A stretch of 63,820 nucleotides of DNA, filler included, from Acidimicrobiia bacterium (GTDB lineage: Bacteria; Actinomycetota; Acidimicrobiia; Spongiisociales; JAENVV01), in assembly GCA_041577335.1 (NCBI GenBank). It is 3 parts of 3 records of this genome, joined end to end, with 100 filler letters (N's around TTAATTAATTAA, not from the genome) between each part and the next. Parts side by side here need not be neighbours in the genome. Positions count along the whole stretch, not along the records: positions 23,867 to 47,624 come from JBFGJH010000052.1; positions 47,725 to 63,820 come from JBFGJH010000074.1; 1 more part is not named here. The stretch is one strand, 5' to 3'. The notes under the pieces were generated by a model. The model was not told where the DNA came from. It saw nothing but the letters and a program-made list of their open reading frames with translations, and did no database searches. The number at the start of each line of letters is the position of its first letter. Positions within the stretch are counted from its first letter, which is position 1. Of this stretch, positions 39,023 to 48,922 are shown piece by piece. A program made the translations under genes and the position numbers.

Positions 39023-39988
39023 GTGGCTGCCGTTGCGCCCCCGCCTCAGAAAAAGCGACGTCCATTCCGGTTCTTCCTCCGTCTCATCGTGGTGATCGTG
39101 GTGATCGTCGCGATCGGTCTCTGGTGGGCGATCGCTCGGATACCCAACATCAATCCGTCGCCGACCCTCGCGTCGGGATTGGCCGATCAGACGTTCCTCC
39201 TGGTCGGGAGTGACAGTCGCGCTGATCTTCCCGACGATCTCGATGGAGCCTTTGGGAGCTTTGGCGGCGAACGGGCGGACGTCGTGATTCTCGCTCGGCC
39301 CAGCGGCGGCACGCTTCGCCTCCTCAGCCTCCCACGAGATTTGAAGGTTGATGTGCCTGGTCACGGGACGAACAAGCTCAACGCGGCGTTCGCATTTGGG
39401 GGCTCCCCCCTCCTCGTTGACACCGTTACCTCGGCAACCGGAGTCCCCATCCATCACGTCGTTGAGATCGACTTCGCCGGATTCGCCGACCTCGTCGATT
39501 CCGTTGGTGGCGTTGATTTGGAGTTCCCCTATGCAGCCAGAGACGCCAAGTCGGGTCTGGCAGTGGAAGCAGGAACGACCCATGTCGACGGGGCCACAGC
39601 ATTGGCTTTCGCGCGATCCCGCTCCTATCAGGAGTTGCGCGATGGCTCGTGGGTGTCGATCGATGCCGATGACATCGGCAGGACTGGGCGGCAGCAGAAG
39701 GCCCTCGAGGCGTTACTCGGCCAGGTCGCATCGATCGGCGGGGCCCCGCGCATCCCTTTGTTTCTGATGGCCATGAAGAACGCAGTTCGCGTCGACGACC
39801 GCCTCAACGCTATCGATGCTCTGGTCGCCGGCTCCGGGATGTGGAAAGCAGATATCGACGGCGCCACCGTGCCAGTTCGTTTCTCGAACGAAGGCGGCAT
39901 CTCATATGTCGTCTTCGAAACGGAAGCAGCAACCGCGATGCTCAACCGCTTCCTCTCGGGCCAGCTCCTCGAGCCCGAAACCCCCTAG
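39023..39988 (+). CDS. LytR-CpsA-Psr (LCP) glycopolymer ligase
   Basis: N-terminal TM, LLVGSDSR, RADV, SLPRD, KLNAAF, RSR, DIGRTGRQQ; GTG 39023 preceded by GAAAGG. Confidence 0.9.
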   Translation: MAAVAPPPQKKRRPFRFFLRLIVVIVVIVAIGLWWAIARIPNINPSPTLASGLADQTFLLVGSDSRADLPDDLDGAFGSFGGERADVVILARPSGGTLRLLSLPRDLKVDVPGHGTNKLNAAFAFGGSPLLVDTVTSATGVPIHHVVEIDFAGFADLVDSVGGVDLEFPYAARDAKSGLAVEAGTTHVDGATALAFARSRSYQELRDGSWVSIDADDIGRTGRQQKALEALLGQVASIGGAPRIPLFLMAMKNAVRVDDRLNAIDALVAGSGMWKADIDGATVPVRFSNEGGISYVVFETEAATAMLNRFLSGQLLEPETP

Positions 39989-40126
39989 GCCACTGCGGCT
40001 CAATCAGAGGGAGACATGGTTTTGGGGGCTCGAGGGTCCTCCGGCGAGAACGCAGGTAGACCATCAACGGGATAGGCGAACAGCGGCCGGACCCAAAGTC
40101 GGTCGACCAACAAACAGGGTCGACAC

Positions 40127-40507
40127 CTAACTCGGTCGGATCCTGTCCCGACCGAACCCTTCCCTGTCGATGATGGTCCGCTGGTGAGAGCCGCGGCCGA
40201 TCACTCTGTCGCCGACTCGGGCCATGACGTCGAACTCGAGTCGCCGACCATCGATAGCGGTGAGTGTTGCTTCGAAGGTGACGGTTTCGCCGTCTCGGGC
40301 TGCCGCCTCATGGCTGACGTTGACATGGGTACCGACGGTTGTGCGATGTCCAAGCGCGTCCTGAACCGCCAGGGTGGCGGCCCTTTCCATGAATCCGATC
40401 ATGCTGGGTGTGGAGAGAACGACAGTGGGAGCCAGATGGCTTGGTGAATAGGCGTTGGTGACGGTCACCGTATGACTGTGGTGGAGGCCGCGTTGCAGTT
40501 CGGTCAT
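40127..40507 (-). CDS. Hotdog thioesterase, fluoroacetyl-CoA thioesterase (FlK)-like
   Basis: VLSTPSMIGFMERAA, TVGTHVNVSH, G.HQR. Confidence 0.85.
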   Translation of the reverse strand: MTELQRGLHHSHTVTVTNAYSPSHLAPTVVLSTPSMIGFMERAATLAVQDALGHRTTVGTHVNVSHEAAARDGETVTFEATLTAIDGRRLEFDVMARVGDRVIGRGSHQRTIIDREGFGRDRIRPS

Positions 40508-40509
40508 CA

Positions 40510-41319
40510 CTACTTGAGGAGTAGGACGCCAAGGCGCCGCTTCGCGATGACGACACCGATGAGACCCATTACCGTCAGATAGGCGGCGTTGCCGACCATT
40601 GACAGGTCGAAGGCACCAAAGGAGAAACCTCGCATCAGTTCTACCCCGTGATAGAGGGGGCTGAGCCGGACCACCCACTGGATAGCCACTGGATAGACAT
40701 CGATGGGGTAGAAGGTTGCGGAGAAGAGAAAGAGCGGCAGAACCGCGAAGTTCACCAGATCGAAGTCTTGCCAGCTCTTCATGAACGTGGTGAGGGCCAT
40801 GCCCACTGCGCCGAAGGCGAAGCCGATCAGCAGGGCGACCGGAAGCGCCAAGAATCCCCAGGCCGACGGCATGAGACCCATCGAGAACTGCACGATGAGG
40901 AAGCCGATGGCGTAGAGGGCGCCACGTGTGAGCGACCAGCCGATTTCGCCGATGGCGATGTCTCGGACCTTCAGGGGAGTCGACAGCATCGCATCGTATG
41001 TCTTGGCGTATTTGAGTTTGAAGAAGATGTTCATGGTCGATTCGAACACCGCGCCGTTCATTGCCGCCGACGCCAGGAGAGCGGGCGCAACGAACACGGC
41101 GTACTCGACGGGGCCCGAGCCCGGGACCTCCACCTCGCCGACGAGCGCTCCAATTCCGATGCCGATGGAGAACAAGTAGAAGATCGGCTCGAAGAAGCCC
41201 GAGAAGATGACGAGCCAGCCGCGCCGGTATACGAGCATGTTGCGCTCAAACACATGGCGGGCGCGGCCACCGAGTGCGACCGGTGGTGCGACGCGGGCTG
41301 CGAGCGTTCCCGACGTCAT
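40510..41319 (-). CDS. ABC-2 permease (NodJ-like)
   Basis: FEPIFYL, YDAMLSTPL, LFSATFYP, PLYHGVEL; start ATG 41319. Confidence 0.9.
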   Translation of the reverse strand: MTSGTLAARVAPPVALGGRARHVFERNMLVYRRGWLVIFSGFFEPIFYLFSIGIGIGALVGEVEVPGSGPVEYAVFVAPALLASAAMNGAVFESTMNIFFKLKYAKTYDAMLSTPLKVRDIAIGEIGWSLTRGALYAIGFLIVQFSMGLMPSAWGFLALPVALLIGFAFGAVGMALTTFMKSWQDFDLVNFAVLPLFLFSATFYPIDVYPVAIQWVVRLSPLYHGVELMRGFSFGAFDLSMVGNAAYLTVMGLIGVVIAKRRLGVLLLK

Positions 41320-42095
41320 ATCCGCATCCGCTTGTCGAAGGCGCGTACGGCCATCCACACGCCGCCGGCAATGACGATGACCAGAAATGCCAGGTTGATG
41401 GCAACGGGCGCGACCGAGGGGATTCCCGTCGTCCATTGCCTGGCGACCTCGATGCCGTGCCAGGTAGGCGTGAGCCACGCGATCGGTTGGATGAATCCTG
41501 GCAACTGGCTGATCGGGAAGAACGCTCCGGAGAACAAGAACAGCGGGACGATCCCGAAGCGGAAGAGCGACGTGAGCCCGACCTCGGATTCGAGCCGCGA
41601 CGTGAATGCCGTCACCCACGACGCGAAGGCCAGCCCCACGAGAACTGCCGGCAGGATCGCCGCGAAGCCAGCGAGCAACCCCATCGCCCCGAACAACCAC
41701 ATGATGACGACGTTGATCAAGCCGACCAACACCAGCCGGGTCCCCACCCAGAGCAGGTGGCCGTACATCACGTGCCGAGTCGCTACCGGTGTTGCCAGGG
41801 TGGCGTGGTACGTGCGGAGCCATTTGATCCCGGCCATCACCGGCCAGGAAGCATCGCTCGCCCCGGTTTGCATGGCGGTGGTGACGAGCAGCCCGGGCGC
41901 CAGGTACTGGAGGTAGGTCACCCCGAGCAGGCTCTCGGTTGACGAGCTTTGGTCGACCAGGCTCCCCAGGCCCATCCCCATCGCCAGCAAGAAGAGGACC
42001 GGACTGAGGAACGTGCTGATCGCTGAACCCCGCCATGTGTGACGGTAGGTCCGGGCATGTGACTCGAAGACGCGCAGCGAAAGGGGGGTAGCCAT
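41316..42095 (-). CDS. ABC-2 permease (NodJ-like)
   Basis: YLAPGLL, LFSGAFFPISQLP, PTWHG. Confidence 0.9.
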   Translation of the reverse strand: MATPLSLRVFESHARTYRHTWRGSAISTFLSPVLFLLAMGMGLGSLVDQSSSTESLLGVTYLQYLAPGLLVTTAMQTGASDASWPVMAGIKWLRTYHATLATPVATRHVMYGHLLWVGTRLVLVGLINVVIMWLFGAMGLLAGFAAILPAVLVGLAFASWVTAFTSRLESEVGLTSLFRFGIVPLFLFSGAFFPISQLPGFIQPIAWLTPTWHGIEVARQWTTGIPSVAPVAINLAFLVIVIAGGVWMAVRAFDKRMRI

Positions 42096-43021
42096 CAGTC
42101 GATGAGGCTTCGCCCGGTGAGGTGCAAGAACACATCCTCCAGGGTGCTCCGGCGCACCAGAACACTCTCTGGTTGCAGATCACGGGCGGCGATTTCGGAT
42201 GTGGCGGCATCAGCTTCGTCCGTGTACATGAGAACCCGGTCGGGGAGCACTTCGGTCCACTTGCCGATCCCGTCGAGTCGATCGATGACGGTCTCCTGGA
42301 CACCGATCGCAAAACGGAGCTCGATCACCTCCCGGGTGGTGTGGGTTTCTATCAGTTGGTGGGGTGAGCCTTCCGCGACGATCTTGGCCTTGTCCATCAC
42401 CACCAGGCGGTCACATAGCTGTTCCGCCTCGTCCATGTAGTGGGTCGTGATCACCAGAGTCACCCCCTGCTGCTTCAAGCGATACAGCCGATCCCATAGG
42501 ACGTGCCGGGCCTGTGGGTCGAGCCCGGTGGTTGGCTCATCGAGGATCATGAGATCGGGATCGTTGATGAGTGCCCTGGCAATGGTGAGCCGGCGCTTCA
42601 TCCCTCCCGATAGCGACTCGACCTTGGAGGTGCGGCGCTCGGTGAGCTGCGCGAAGTCGAGTAACTCTTCGATCTTCTTGCGGATCGCGGGCCGCGGCAG
42701 ATCGAAGTAGCGGCCGTAGATGTAGAGGTTTTCCTCGACGGTGAGTTCAGTATCGAGGGCATCCTCCTGAGGGACGACTCCGAGGCGGGCCCTGATTGTC
42801 TCTCCGTCCGCTCCGGGGTCCAAGCCGAAGACTCGGAGCGAGCCCGACGTGACCGGCGACACGGCACCGATCATTCGCATCGTCGACGACTTACCGGCGC
42901 CATTGGGCCCGAGGAACCCGAACGCCTCACCGTTTCTGACCTCGAACGAGACAGCGTCGACGGCCAGGAAATCGCCGAATCGTTTGGTGAGGTCTGTTGC
43001 AGTCACCAGGGGAGAAGCCAT
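42095..43021 (-). CDS. ABC exporter ATP-binding protein (NodI-like)
   Basis: GPNGAGKS, LSGGM, LDEPTTGLD, THYMDEA. Confidence 0.93.
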   Translation of the reverse strand: MASPLVTATDLTKRFGDFLAVDAVSFEVRNGEAFGFLGPNGAGKSSTMRMIGAVSPVTSGSLRVFGLDPGADGETIRARLGVVPQEDALDTELTVEENLYIYGRYFDLPRPAIRKKIEELLDFAQLTERRTSKVESLSGGMKRRLTIARALINDPDLMILDEPTTGLDPQARHVLWDRLYRLKQQGVTLVITTHYMDEAEQLCDRLVVMDKAKIVAEGSPHQLIETHTTREVIELRFAIGVQETVIDRLDGIGKWTEVLPDRVLMYTDEADAATSEIAARDLQPESVLVRRSTLEDVFLHLTGRSLID

Positions 43022-43158
43022 CGGGACAGGCTACCCGGAGATGGAGAAGCCAACTTCCTGATTACCCGGACCAACCCTGAGGCCCGAATCAGGGTGTTGA
43101 CTGATTCCTTTTCGGGCGCTGCGCGCCGATGCTGCATGCGGACACGAAAGGACCTGCC

Positions 43159-44697
43159 ATGACCGACCATCCGGGCCCGCCAATCGCACCATCGGCCATC
43201 CACGAGCCTCCTCCCCTGCCAGATCAGAAGCCGGCCGGCCTCGAATTCGATGCCCTCGTGACCGGCAAGAACCTGTTCCGGATCGGGCTCGGACTGGTGC
43301 TCCTCGCACTGGGTTTTCTATTCCGGTATGGGTGGCAGCAAGGCTGGATCACGCCATCTGCGCAGATCGGGGCCGGTGCCCTGGTCAGCCTTGGTTTCGT
43401 GGTTCTGGGCGATCGAATGCGCGGACGGCGCGACGTGTTCGGCCACATGTTGCAGGGCGGTGGAGTCGCCGGTCTGTATCTGACGGCCTTTGCCGCCCAT
43501 CAAGCGTTCGCGATGACAGACAGGACGGTGGCATTTGCCCAGCTCATCGCAATCTCGGCACTCGGGGTCGGGCTGTCGCTGCGTCGCGACAGTGTCGTCT
43601 TGGCCGGCGTCAGCGTGGCCGGCGCGTTTGCTGCTCCATTCCTCATCGGTGGACGGATTGCCGATGGCGTGGGCGACGTCGTTTATCTGGGAGTCGTCAT
43701 GGCAACTGCGGTAGGAATGGCGTTCAAGAAGGAATGGCCGGCACTCTATGCGGTGGCGTCGGTGGGAGCAGTCATCGTCGCCGGTGCCGACCTCGTGGTC
43801 ACGGCCGTCAACGGCGACAGCGGCACAGGGGCTCCGCTGGCATTTGCCGTGGTGACGTATGGGTTGCTCGGAGTTGCCCCCACGCTCGCCCATCTCGTGA
43901 GCACGGGTGGCGATCGGCTGGTCCTTGCGGCAAGCCCGGTCATGGCGCTGGCCGGTGGGGGGTTTGTGCTCGCCCACCTCGATACCACGCCTGGCGTCAC
44001 CGCGGCGATCTGCGCCGCAGCAGCAGCATTGCACCTGTGGTTCTACATTGCCTCTCGCGACGACGCCATCGGCGAGTTGCAACTCATCCCGGCGTCTGCG
44101 TTTGGTCTCGCCGGCGCCGCCGCCCTATTCGACGCCAACGCCACGGCGCTGGTGGCCGCCGCGGTAGGTGCCGGCCTCGTGTTGCTCGGAACTCGTCTGG
44201 ATCGTCTACCGATCGAACTCGGTGGCGTCGGCGTATACGCAATTGCGGCCCTCTATACGCTGGGTTCATCGACAATCGATGCGTTCGCAGTGAGTGACAA
44301 TGGAACGATTCTGGTCCGGTTCGGTGTTTTTGCTTTGGCTGCAATGGTCGCCCTGTTCGAACACCGGAGAGTTGGATCTGGATACTTGGTCACCTGGCCG
44401 GCCTTGGTGGCGTACCTCGGCACGATGGCGCTCACCTTCACCGAGCTGTCCCCAATCAACGTGGGCCTGGTGACAGCCGTTTGGGCCGTGGTGGGAACCG
44501 GCCTCGTCGTTGTGGGCCATCAATGGAAGCTCCGCCCGGCACTGATGACCGGCCTGGGGACGATCGCTCTCACGATCGGCAAGCTCTTCCTGGTGGACCT
44601 GGCCGCCGTCGAGCCGATATGGCGGATTTCGCTCTTCGCCGGGTTCGGTTCCGCGCTGTTGGCGGTGGGTTACTGGATCAGTCGCGACGAGGAGTAA
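43159..44697 (+). CDS. Polytopic membrane protein, DUF2339-like
   Basis: N-terminal RIG...FLFRY...GWI; C-terminal KLFLVDL....RISLF.G.G; many TMs. Confidence 0.75.
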   Translation: MTDHPGPPIAPSAIHEPPPLPDQKPAGLEFDALVTGKNLFRIGLGLVLLALGFLFRYGWQQGWITPSAQIGAGALVSLGFVVLGDRMRGRRDVFGHMLQGGGVAGLYLTAFAAHQAFAMTDRTVAFAQLIAISALGVGLSLRRDSVVLAGVSVAGAFAAPFLIGGRIADGVGDVVYLGVVMATAVGMAFKKEWPALYAVASVGAVIVAGADLVVTAVNGDSGTGAPLAFAVVTYGLLGVAPTLAHLVSTGGDRLVLAASPVMALAGGGFVLAHLDTTPGVTAAICAAAAALHLWFYIASRDDAIGELQLIPASAFGLAGAAALFDANATALVAAAVGAGLVLLGTRLDRLPIELGGVGVYAIAALYTLGSSTIDAFAVSDNGTILVRFGVFALAAMVALFEHRRVGSGYLVTWPALVAYLGTMALTFTELSPINVGLVTAVWAVVGTGLVVVGHQWKLRPALMTGLGTIALTIGKLFLVDLAAVEPIWRISLFAGFGSALLAVGYWISRDEE

Positions 44698-44785
44698 GTA
44701 CTCGCGTTAGGCGCCCATACCGGGCGCCTAATGCTACCGTCGGTGACCAGTTAGCCTGTTTCCGTCACATAGAGTTACGAGAGCC

Positions 44786-45433
44786 ATGACGCCTGTCCCG
44801 CAACGAGCACGCAAGCCGCATCAGAAGGCAGCTCGCCGGCAGGCCATGCTCGATGCCGCTCGGGACCTCATGGACTCTCGATCATTCGACGAGATCGCCG
44901 TGCGAGAGATCCCCGATCGGCTGGGTCTCGCCAAGGGCACCGTCTACCGGTACTTCGGCTCGAAGGAAGAGGTGTTCCTCTCCGTGCTGGACCAAGATCT
45001 CGCCGACTACGCCGGTGAGATGGTCATCGCTCTCCGGCCGCTTTCCGGAACCGACGACATCGAAGCAGTCACGGAGGCCATCACGGCCTGCACGGTCGCC
45101 CGACCACGGCTGTGCCAGCTCATGGCGCTACTCCCGACGGTGCTCGAGCGCAATGTGAGCGAGCCGGCTGCGCTCCAGTTCAAGACGACGGTTGCGGCCG
45201 CCATCAACGAGACCAGCGAGGCTGTCGGCGATGCTCTGCCATGTCTGGACCGGGCAGCAATCCCGGCTCTCGTTGTCACGTTCTACTCCTTGGTCACGGG
45301 CTTGTGGACAACGGCCTACCCCCATACTGCGGTGGCGTCGGCAATGGCCGATCCCGGCCTCGCCTTTCTGAAGATCGACTTTGGAGAGCACCTGTACGCT
45401 TCGCTCCGGGCGCTTCTGAGAGGAAGCTGCTGA
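44786..45433 (+). CDS. TetR family regulator
   Basis: HTH LGLAKGTVYRYFGSKEE. Confidence 0.92.
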   Translation: MTPVPQRARKPHQKAARRQAMLDAARDLMDSRSFDEIAVREIPDRLGLAKGTVYRYFGSKEEVFLSVLDQDLADYAGEMVIALRPLSGTDDIEAVTEAITACTVARPRLCQLMALLPTVLERNVSEPAALQFKTTVAAAINETSEAVGDALPCLDRAAIPALVVTFYSLVTGLWTTAYPHTAVASAMADPGLAFLKIDFGEHLYASLRALLRGSC

Positions 45434-45539
45434 CCGGCGGCCGGCGATGCGAGCCCCAAAAGGTTGACGACCGGGCGGCTCACCGTTCCCATCACCGAAT
45501 AATGTGGGATCTATTCACCTAGCCATCACGAGGAGCCGC

Positions 45540-47099
45540 ATGCCCTTCACGAGCCCCTTCCCAGACGTTGAGATTCCCGACATGCCGATCACACCGTTTG
45601 TCCTTCGACATGCCGATGCTCTCGGCGACAAACCCGCCATCATCGACGGGCCCACGGGCCGCACGCTCACATTCGCTCAGCTGAAGGCGGGTATCCATGC
45701 AACTGCAGGTGGCCTCGCCGCGCGCGGGTTTGGAAAGGGGGACGTGCTGGCGATCCTGGCGCCGAACCTTCCCGAGTACGCGGTGGCGTTCCATGGCGTC
45801 GCGATGACGGGGGGCACCGTGACAACGATCAATCCCACCTACACGCCCCACGAGGTTGCCGACCAGGTCACAGACTCCGGTGCCTCGATCATCCTCACCG
45901 TTCCCATGTTCATGGAGACTGCCCGGGCCGCCGCGGATATGGCCGGGGTCGACGAGATATTCGTTTTCGGTGAAGCAGACGGCGCCCAACCGTTTGCCTC
46001 CCTCATGGGCGAGCCGCTGCCTGCGCACGCGCCCGTCGAGCCCCGAGAAGATGTAGTTGTGATGCCGTACTCGTCTGGAACCACCGGCCTGAGCAAAGGC
46101 GTGATGCTCACCCATCGCAACCTTCTCTCCAACCTCCTCCAGACCCAGTCGGTCATGGAACTCGAGGATGACGACGTAGGGATCGCCGTGCTGCCGTTCT
46201 TTCACATCTATGGGATGCAGGTGTTGATGAACGGCGCAATCGCACAAGGCAACACGCTCGTGACGATGCCCCGATTCGACCTTCAGGAGTTCCTCGAGTT
46301 GTGTCAGAAGCACTCTGTGACTCGCTACTACCTGGTCCCGCCTGTTGTGCTGGCGTTGGCCAAGCACCCACTTGTGGATAGGTACGACCTCTCTGCGGCT
46401 CGCCAGGTGTTCTCCGGCGCGGCCCCACTTGGCGCCGAGCTGGCCGCCGAAGCAAGCGCGAGGATCGGGTGCGAAGTCGTTCAAGGCTACGGGCTCACCG
46501 AGTCGAGCCCCGTGACCCACTCCACACCCATGGGCGAGTTCAAGCCAGGTTCGATCGGCTACCTGTTGCCGAGCCAGAAGTGCAAGATCGTGGACCCCGA
46601 GACTGGTGAGGAGCTGGGCGTCGATGCCGATGGCGAGTTGTGGATCAAGGGGCCCAACATCATGAAGGGTTACCTCAACAACCCAGAGGCCACCGCGATC
46701 ACGGTCGACGGGGACGGATACCTCCACACCGGAGACATCGGCCACGTCGACGCCGACGGTCACTATTACATCGTCGACCGATTGAAGGAGCTCATCAAGT
46801 ACAAGGGATTCCAGGTTCCTCCTGCCGAGCTCGAGGCTCTTATCATCACGCATCCTTCGGTTGCCGATGTTGCCGTGATCCCCGTGCCGGACGAAGAGGC
46901 CGGCGAGATACCGAAAGCCTTTGTGGTGCTGAAGCCCGACCATGAGCTCACCGAGGCCGATCTGCAAGCTTTCGTTGCTGATCAGGTGGCCCACTACAAG
47001 CAGGTGCGCATGGTCGAGTTCATCGACGAGATTCCCAAGTCGGCGTCGGGCAAGATCCTGCGGCGCATCCTCCGAGATCGCGAAGCCTCCCAGCCGTAG
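45540..47099 (+). CDS. 4-coumarate--CoA ligase-like AMP-binding enzyme
   Basis: PYSSGTTGLSKGVMLTH, QGYGLTE, GELWIKG, HTGD, DRLKELIKYKGFQV, SGKILRR. Confidence 0.9.
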   Translation: MPFTSPFPDVEIPDMPITPFVLRHADALGDKPAIIDGPTGRTLTFAQLKAGIHATAGGLAARGFGKGDVLAILAPNLPEYAVAFHGVAMTGGTVTTINPTYTPHEVADQVTDSGASIILTVPMFMETARAAADMAGVDEIFVFGEADGAQPFASLMGEPLPAHAPVEPREDVVVMPYSSGTTGLSKGVMLTHRNLLSNLLQTQSVMELEDDDVGIAVLPFFHIYGMQVLMNGAIAQGNTLVTMPRFDLQEFLELCQKHSVTRYYLVPPVVLALAKHPLVDRYDLSAARQVFSGAAPLGAELAAEASARIGCEVVQGYGLTESSPVTHSTPMGEFKPGSIGYLLPSQKCKIVDPETGEELGVDADGELWIKGPNIMKGYLNNPEATAITVDGDGYLHTGDIGHVDADGHYYIVDRLKELIKYKGFQVPPAELEALIITHPSVADVAVIPVPDEEAGEIPKAFVVLKPDHELTEADLQAFVADQVAHYKQVRMVEFIDEIPKSASGKILRRILRDREASQP

Positions 47100-47118
47100 G
47101 ACTACCGGTCTGATCTGA

Positions 47119-47133
47119 TTCCACAATGCGGAA
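47119..47133. promoter_or_regulatory. Candidate IclR-type operator
   Basis: Near-palindrome TTCCACAATGCGGAA (6 of 7 pairs) just upstream of the IclR -10 box. Confidence 0.5.
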
Positions 47134-47154
47134 CATGGCTGTATCGTGGAACCC

Positions 47155-47624
47155 ATGGCAGGAACAGTGCAGTCAATCGAACGGGCATTCGAGGTGCTCA
47201 ACGCCCTTTCCCAGGAGGAGCTCGGCGTCACCGATCTGGCTGATCGCGTCGATCTCCCCAAGAGCACGGTGGCCCGTCTGCTCAAGACGCTCGAGAGCAT
47301 GGAGGTCGTGAAGCGATCGCCGGATGCTCGCTACCGCGTCGGCCCCGCCCTCGGCAGGTTGGCAGGAGCAAGCTCGGCATCGGCAGCCCTGATCTCGCGA
47401 GCCCGACCGCACCTCATGTTTCTCGCCGACTCGGTAGGTGAAGATGCCGGCCTGTCCGTGCCCGACGGGTACCTCGTGCATTACATCGACCAAGTCGACA
47501 GCGGCAATGCCGTCCAGGTACGGGACTGGACGGACGAACTCGTAGAAATGCATGCCGTGCCGTCGGGCCTCGTCCTGCTGGCGTATTGGCCCGAGGAGCG
47601 CCTTGCCCGATTCCTGCGACGCCC
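47155..47624 (+). CDS. IclR family regulator (3' end cut by the contig end)
   Basis: VQSIERAFEVL, LPKSTVARLL, MHAVPSG. Confidence 0.9.
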
Positions 47625-47724
47625 NNNNNNNNNNNNNNNNNNNNNNNNNNNNNNNNNNNNNNNNNNNNTTAATTAATTAANNNNNNNNNNNNNNNNNNNN
47701 NNNNNNNNNNNNNNNNNNNNNNNN
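47625..47724. other. Artificial contig-joining linker
   Basis: N-run, TTAATTAATTAA, N-run. Confidence 0.98.
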
Positions 47725-47726
47725 CC

Positions 47727-47870
47727 TTGTCGAACCTGTCGGGCCTGTGCGCCACGATCAAGGAAGACTGCCAGCTCCACGCCGGCATCGTCGAGGGCAC
47801 CTACTATCGGGACCAGGGTTGGTATTTCTATCACCTCGGCAAATATTTGGAGCGGACCGATCAGACGACC
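47727..47870 (+). pseudogene. Fragment of an alpha-E (DUF403) domain gene at the contig edge
   Basis: Manual translation LSNLSGLCATIKEDCQLHAGIVEGTYYRDQGWYFYHLGKYLERTDQTT resembles the alpha-E GW.F..LG..LER.D.T motif. Confidence 0.65.
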
Positions 47871-48888
47871 ATGGGGCAATCGGCGCCATCGTGATGTTGG
47901 CCAGGCGCAAGAGCGGTGTGTCGTAGTTCACTCGCCATCCGGCGTAGTCTCGCCACGCCTGTTCGAGGTCGCCAGAAACGCTGACTCCACCTGAGCGCAA
48001 CTGCTCGGATGCCGTCAGGAATTCGTCCTTCGTGATCGCAATGGGGTCTGTCGGTGCTGGATCAGCTGGATACTCGATACCGAAGAAGTCGCAGATTCGG
48101 CGAAGAGACAGAAAGCCGGCCCGCAGCATCACCTGGGCTTGCGGGTCGGGCTCGGATCTACAAGTCGACACGTAGAGAGCGGCAGCGTCGAGCATCGTTC
48201 CCGCCGCGGTTATCCAGTGCATCTCCGGCAGCGGCGACCGGAGGAAAACCAGGGCCGGATACGACGTGTGCGATTCCTGGATCTGGGCGAAGAAGCGTTC
48301 CCAGTCCTTCCACGCGTCTGGCAACTCCTCGAACCCGTCGATCCGGTGGTAGCGGAGCAAGAACTCCACCGCCGATGGCGGGGTGCCGGCCCGGACGTCG
48401 AGAAGGGCCACCATCGTCTCCCGATCCGCGAAGGACGAGTACATGGCCGGAAGGAACGTGATGAGGAGCGCTACCAGCCCGAGGCCAAGCGTTGCCTCGG
48501 AAAAGGCCAGCGCGTGCTGGGCCCACCCTTCCACGGACACGAAGCCGAGGGTGAGCAGTGAAGAACCAGAGACAAACGACGACTGTTCTACCGTTCCAAA
48601 CCCGACAGCCCAAAACAAGGCGGCGTACCCAGCCCCCACCAGGAAGACCCAGATTGCGGGGAGGAGTATCAGAGTCACTGGTGAGTACATCGCCATGACT
48701 CGATCCCGCCACTCGAACGATCTCGACGGGTGGGCGATCACATCGAAGACTCGACGAGTCGACCTGAAGGTGTAACGGGTCAGGAAGCTCGGGACCCCGC
48801 GCGGCAAGATCACGGTCCTCACTGCCGACATCAACGTCGCCGCAATGAGCGCCAGCCCAGCCAGGAACACCACTATCTGCACAGGCAC
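47758..48888 (-). CDS. Potassium-channel-like membrane protein (pore loop TLGF) with cytoplasmic domain; last ~30 aa doubtful
   Basis: TM-pore helix SGSSLLTLGF-TM, then ESHTSYPALVFLRS and PWSSDR. Confidence 0.7.
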   Translation of the reverse strand: MPVQIVVFLAGLALIAATLMSAVRTVILPRGVPSFLTRYTFRSTRRVFDVIAHPSRSFEWRDRVMAMYSPVTLILLPAIWVFLVGAGYAALFWAVGFGTVEQSSFVSGSSLLTLGFVSVEGWAQHALAFSEATLGLGLVALLITFLPAMYSSFADRETMVALLDVRAGTPPSAVEFLLRYHRIDGFEELPDAWKDWERFFAQIQESHTSYPALVFLRSPLPEMHWITAAGTMLDAAALYVSTCRSEPDPQAQVMLRAGFLSLRRICDFFGIEYPADPAPTDPIAITKDEFLTASEQLRSGGVSVSGDLEQAWRDYAGWRVNYDTPLLRLANITMAPIAPWSSDRSAPNICRGDRNTNPGPDSRCPRRCRRGAGSLP

Positions 48889-48922
48889 AGCCTACGGATC
48901 GGCGGAGTGGTCGCCATCGTCG

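Noticed and set aside
39967..40035. 10-bp inverted repeat spanning the LCP stop
   Set aside because: Long loop and single occurrence; at most a terminator-like structure between convergent genes.
40510..42312. 600-aa ABC permease ORF
   Set aside because: The upstream part overlaps two real genes in other frames; the real start is 41319.
45519..47300. Long antisense and alternate-frame ORFs (this one and many others in the track)
   Set aside because: Shadow ORFs expected in high-GC coding DNA; no motifs, and they overlap well-supported genes.
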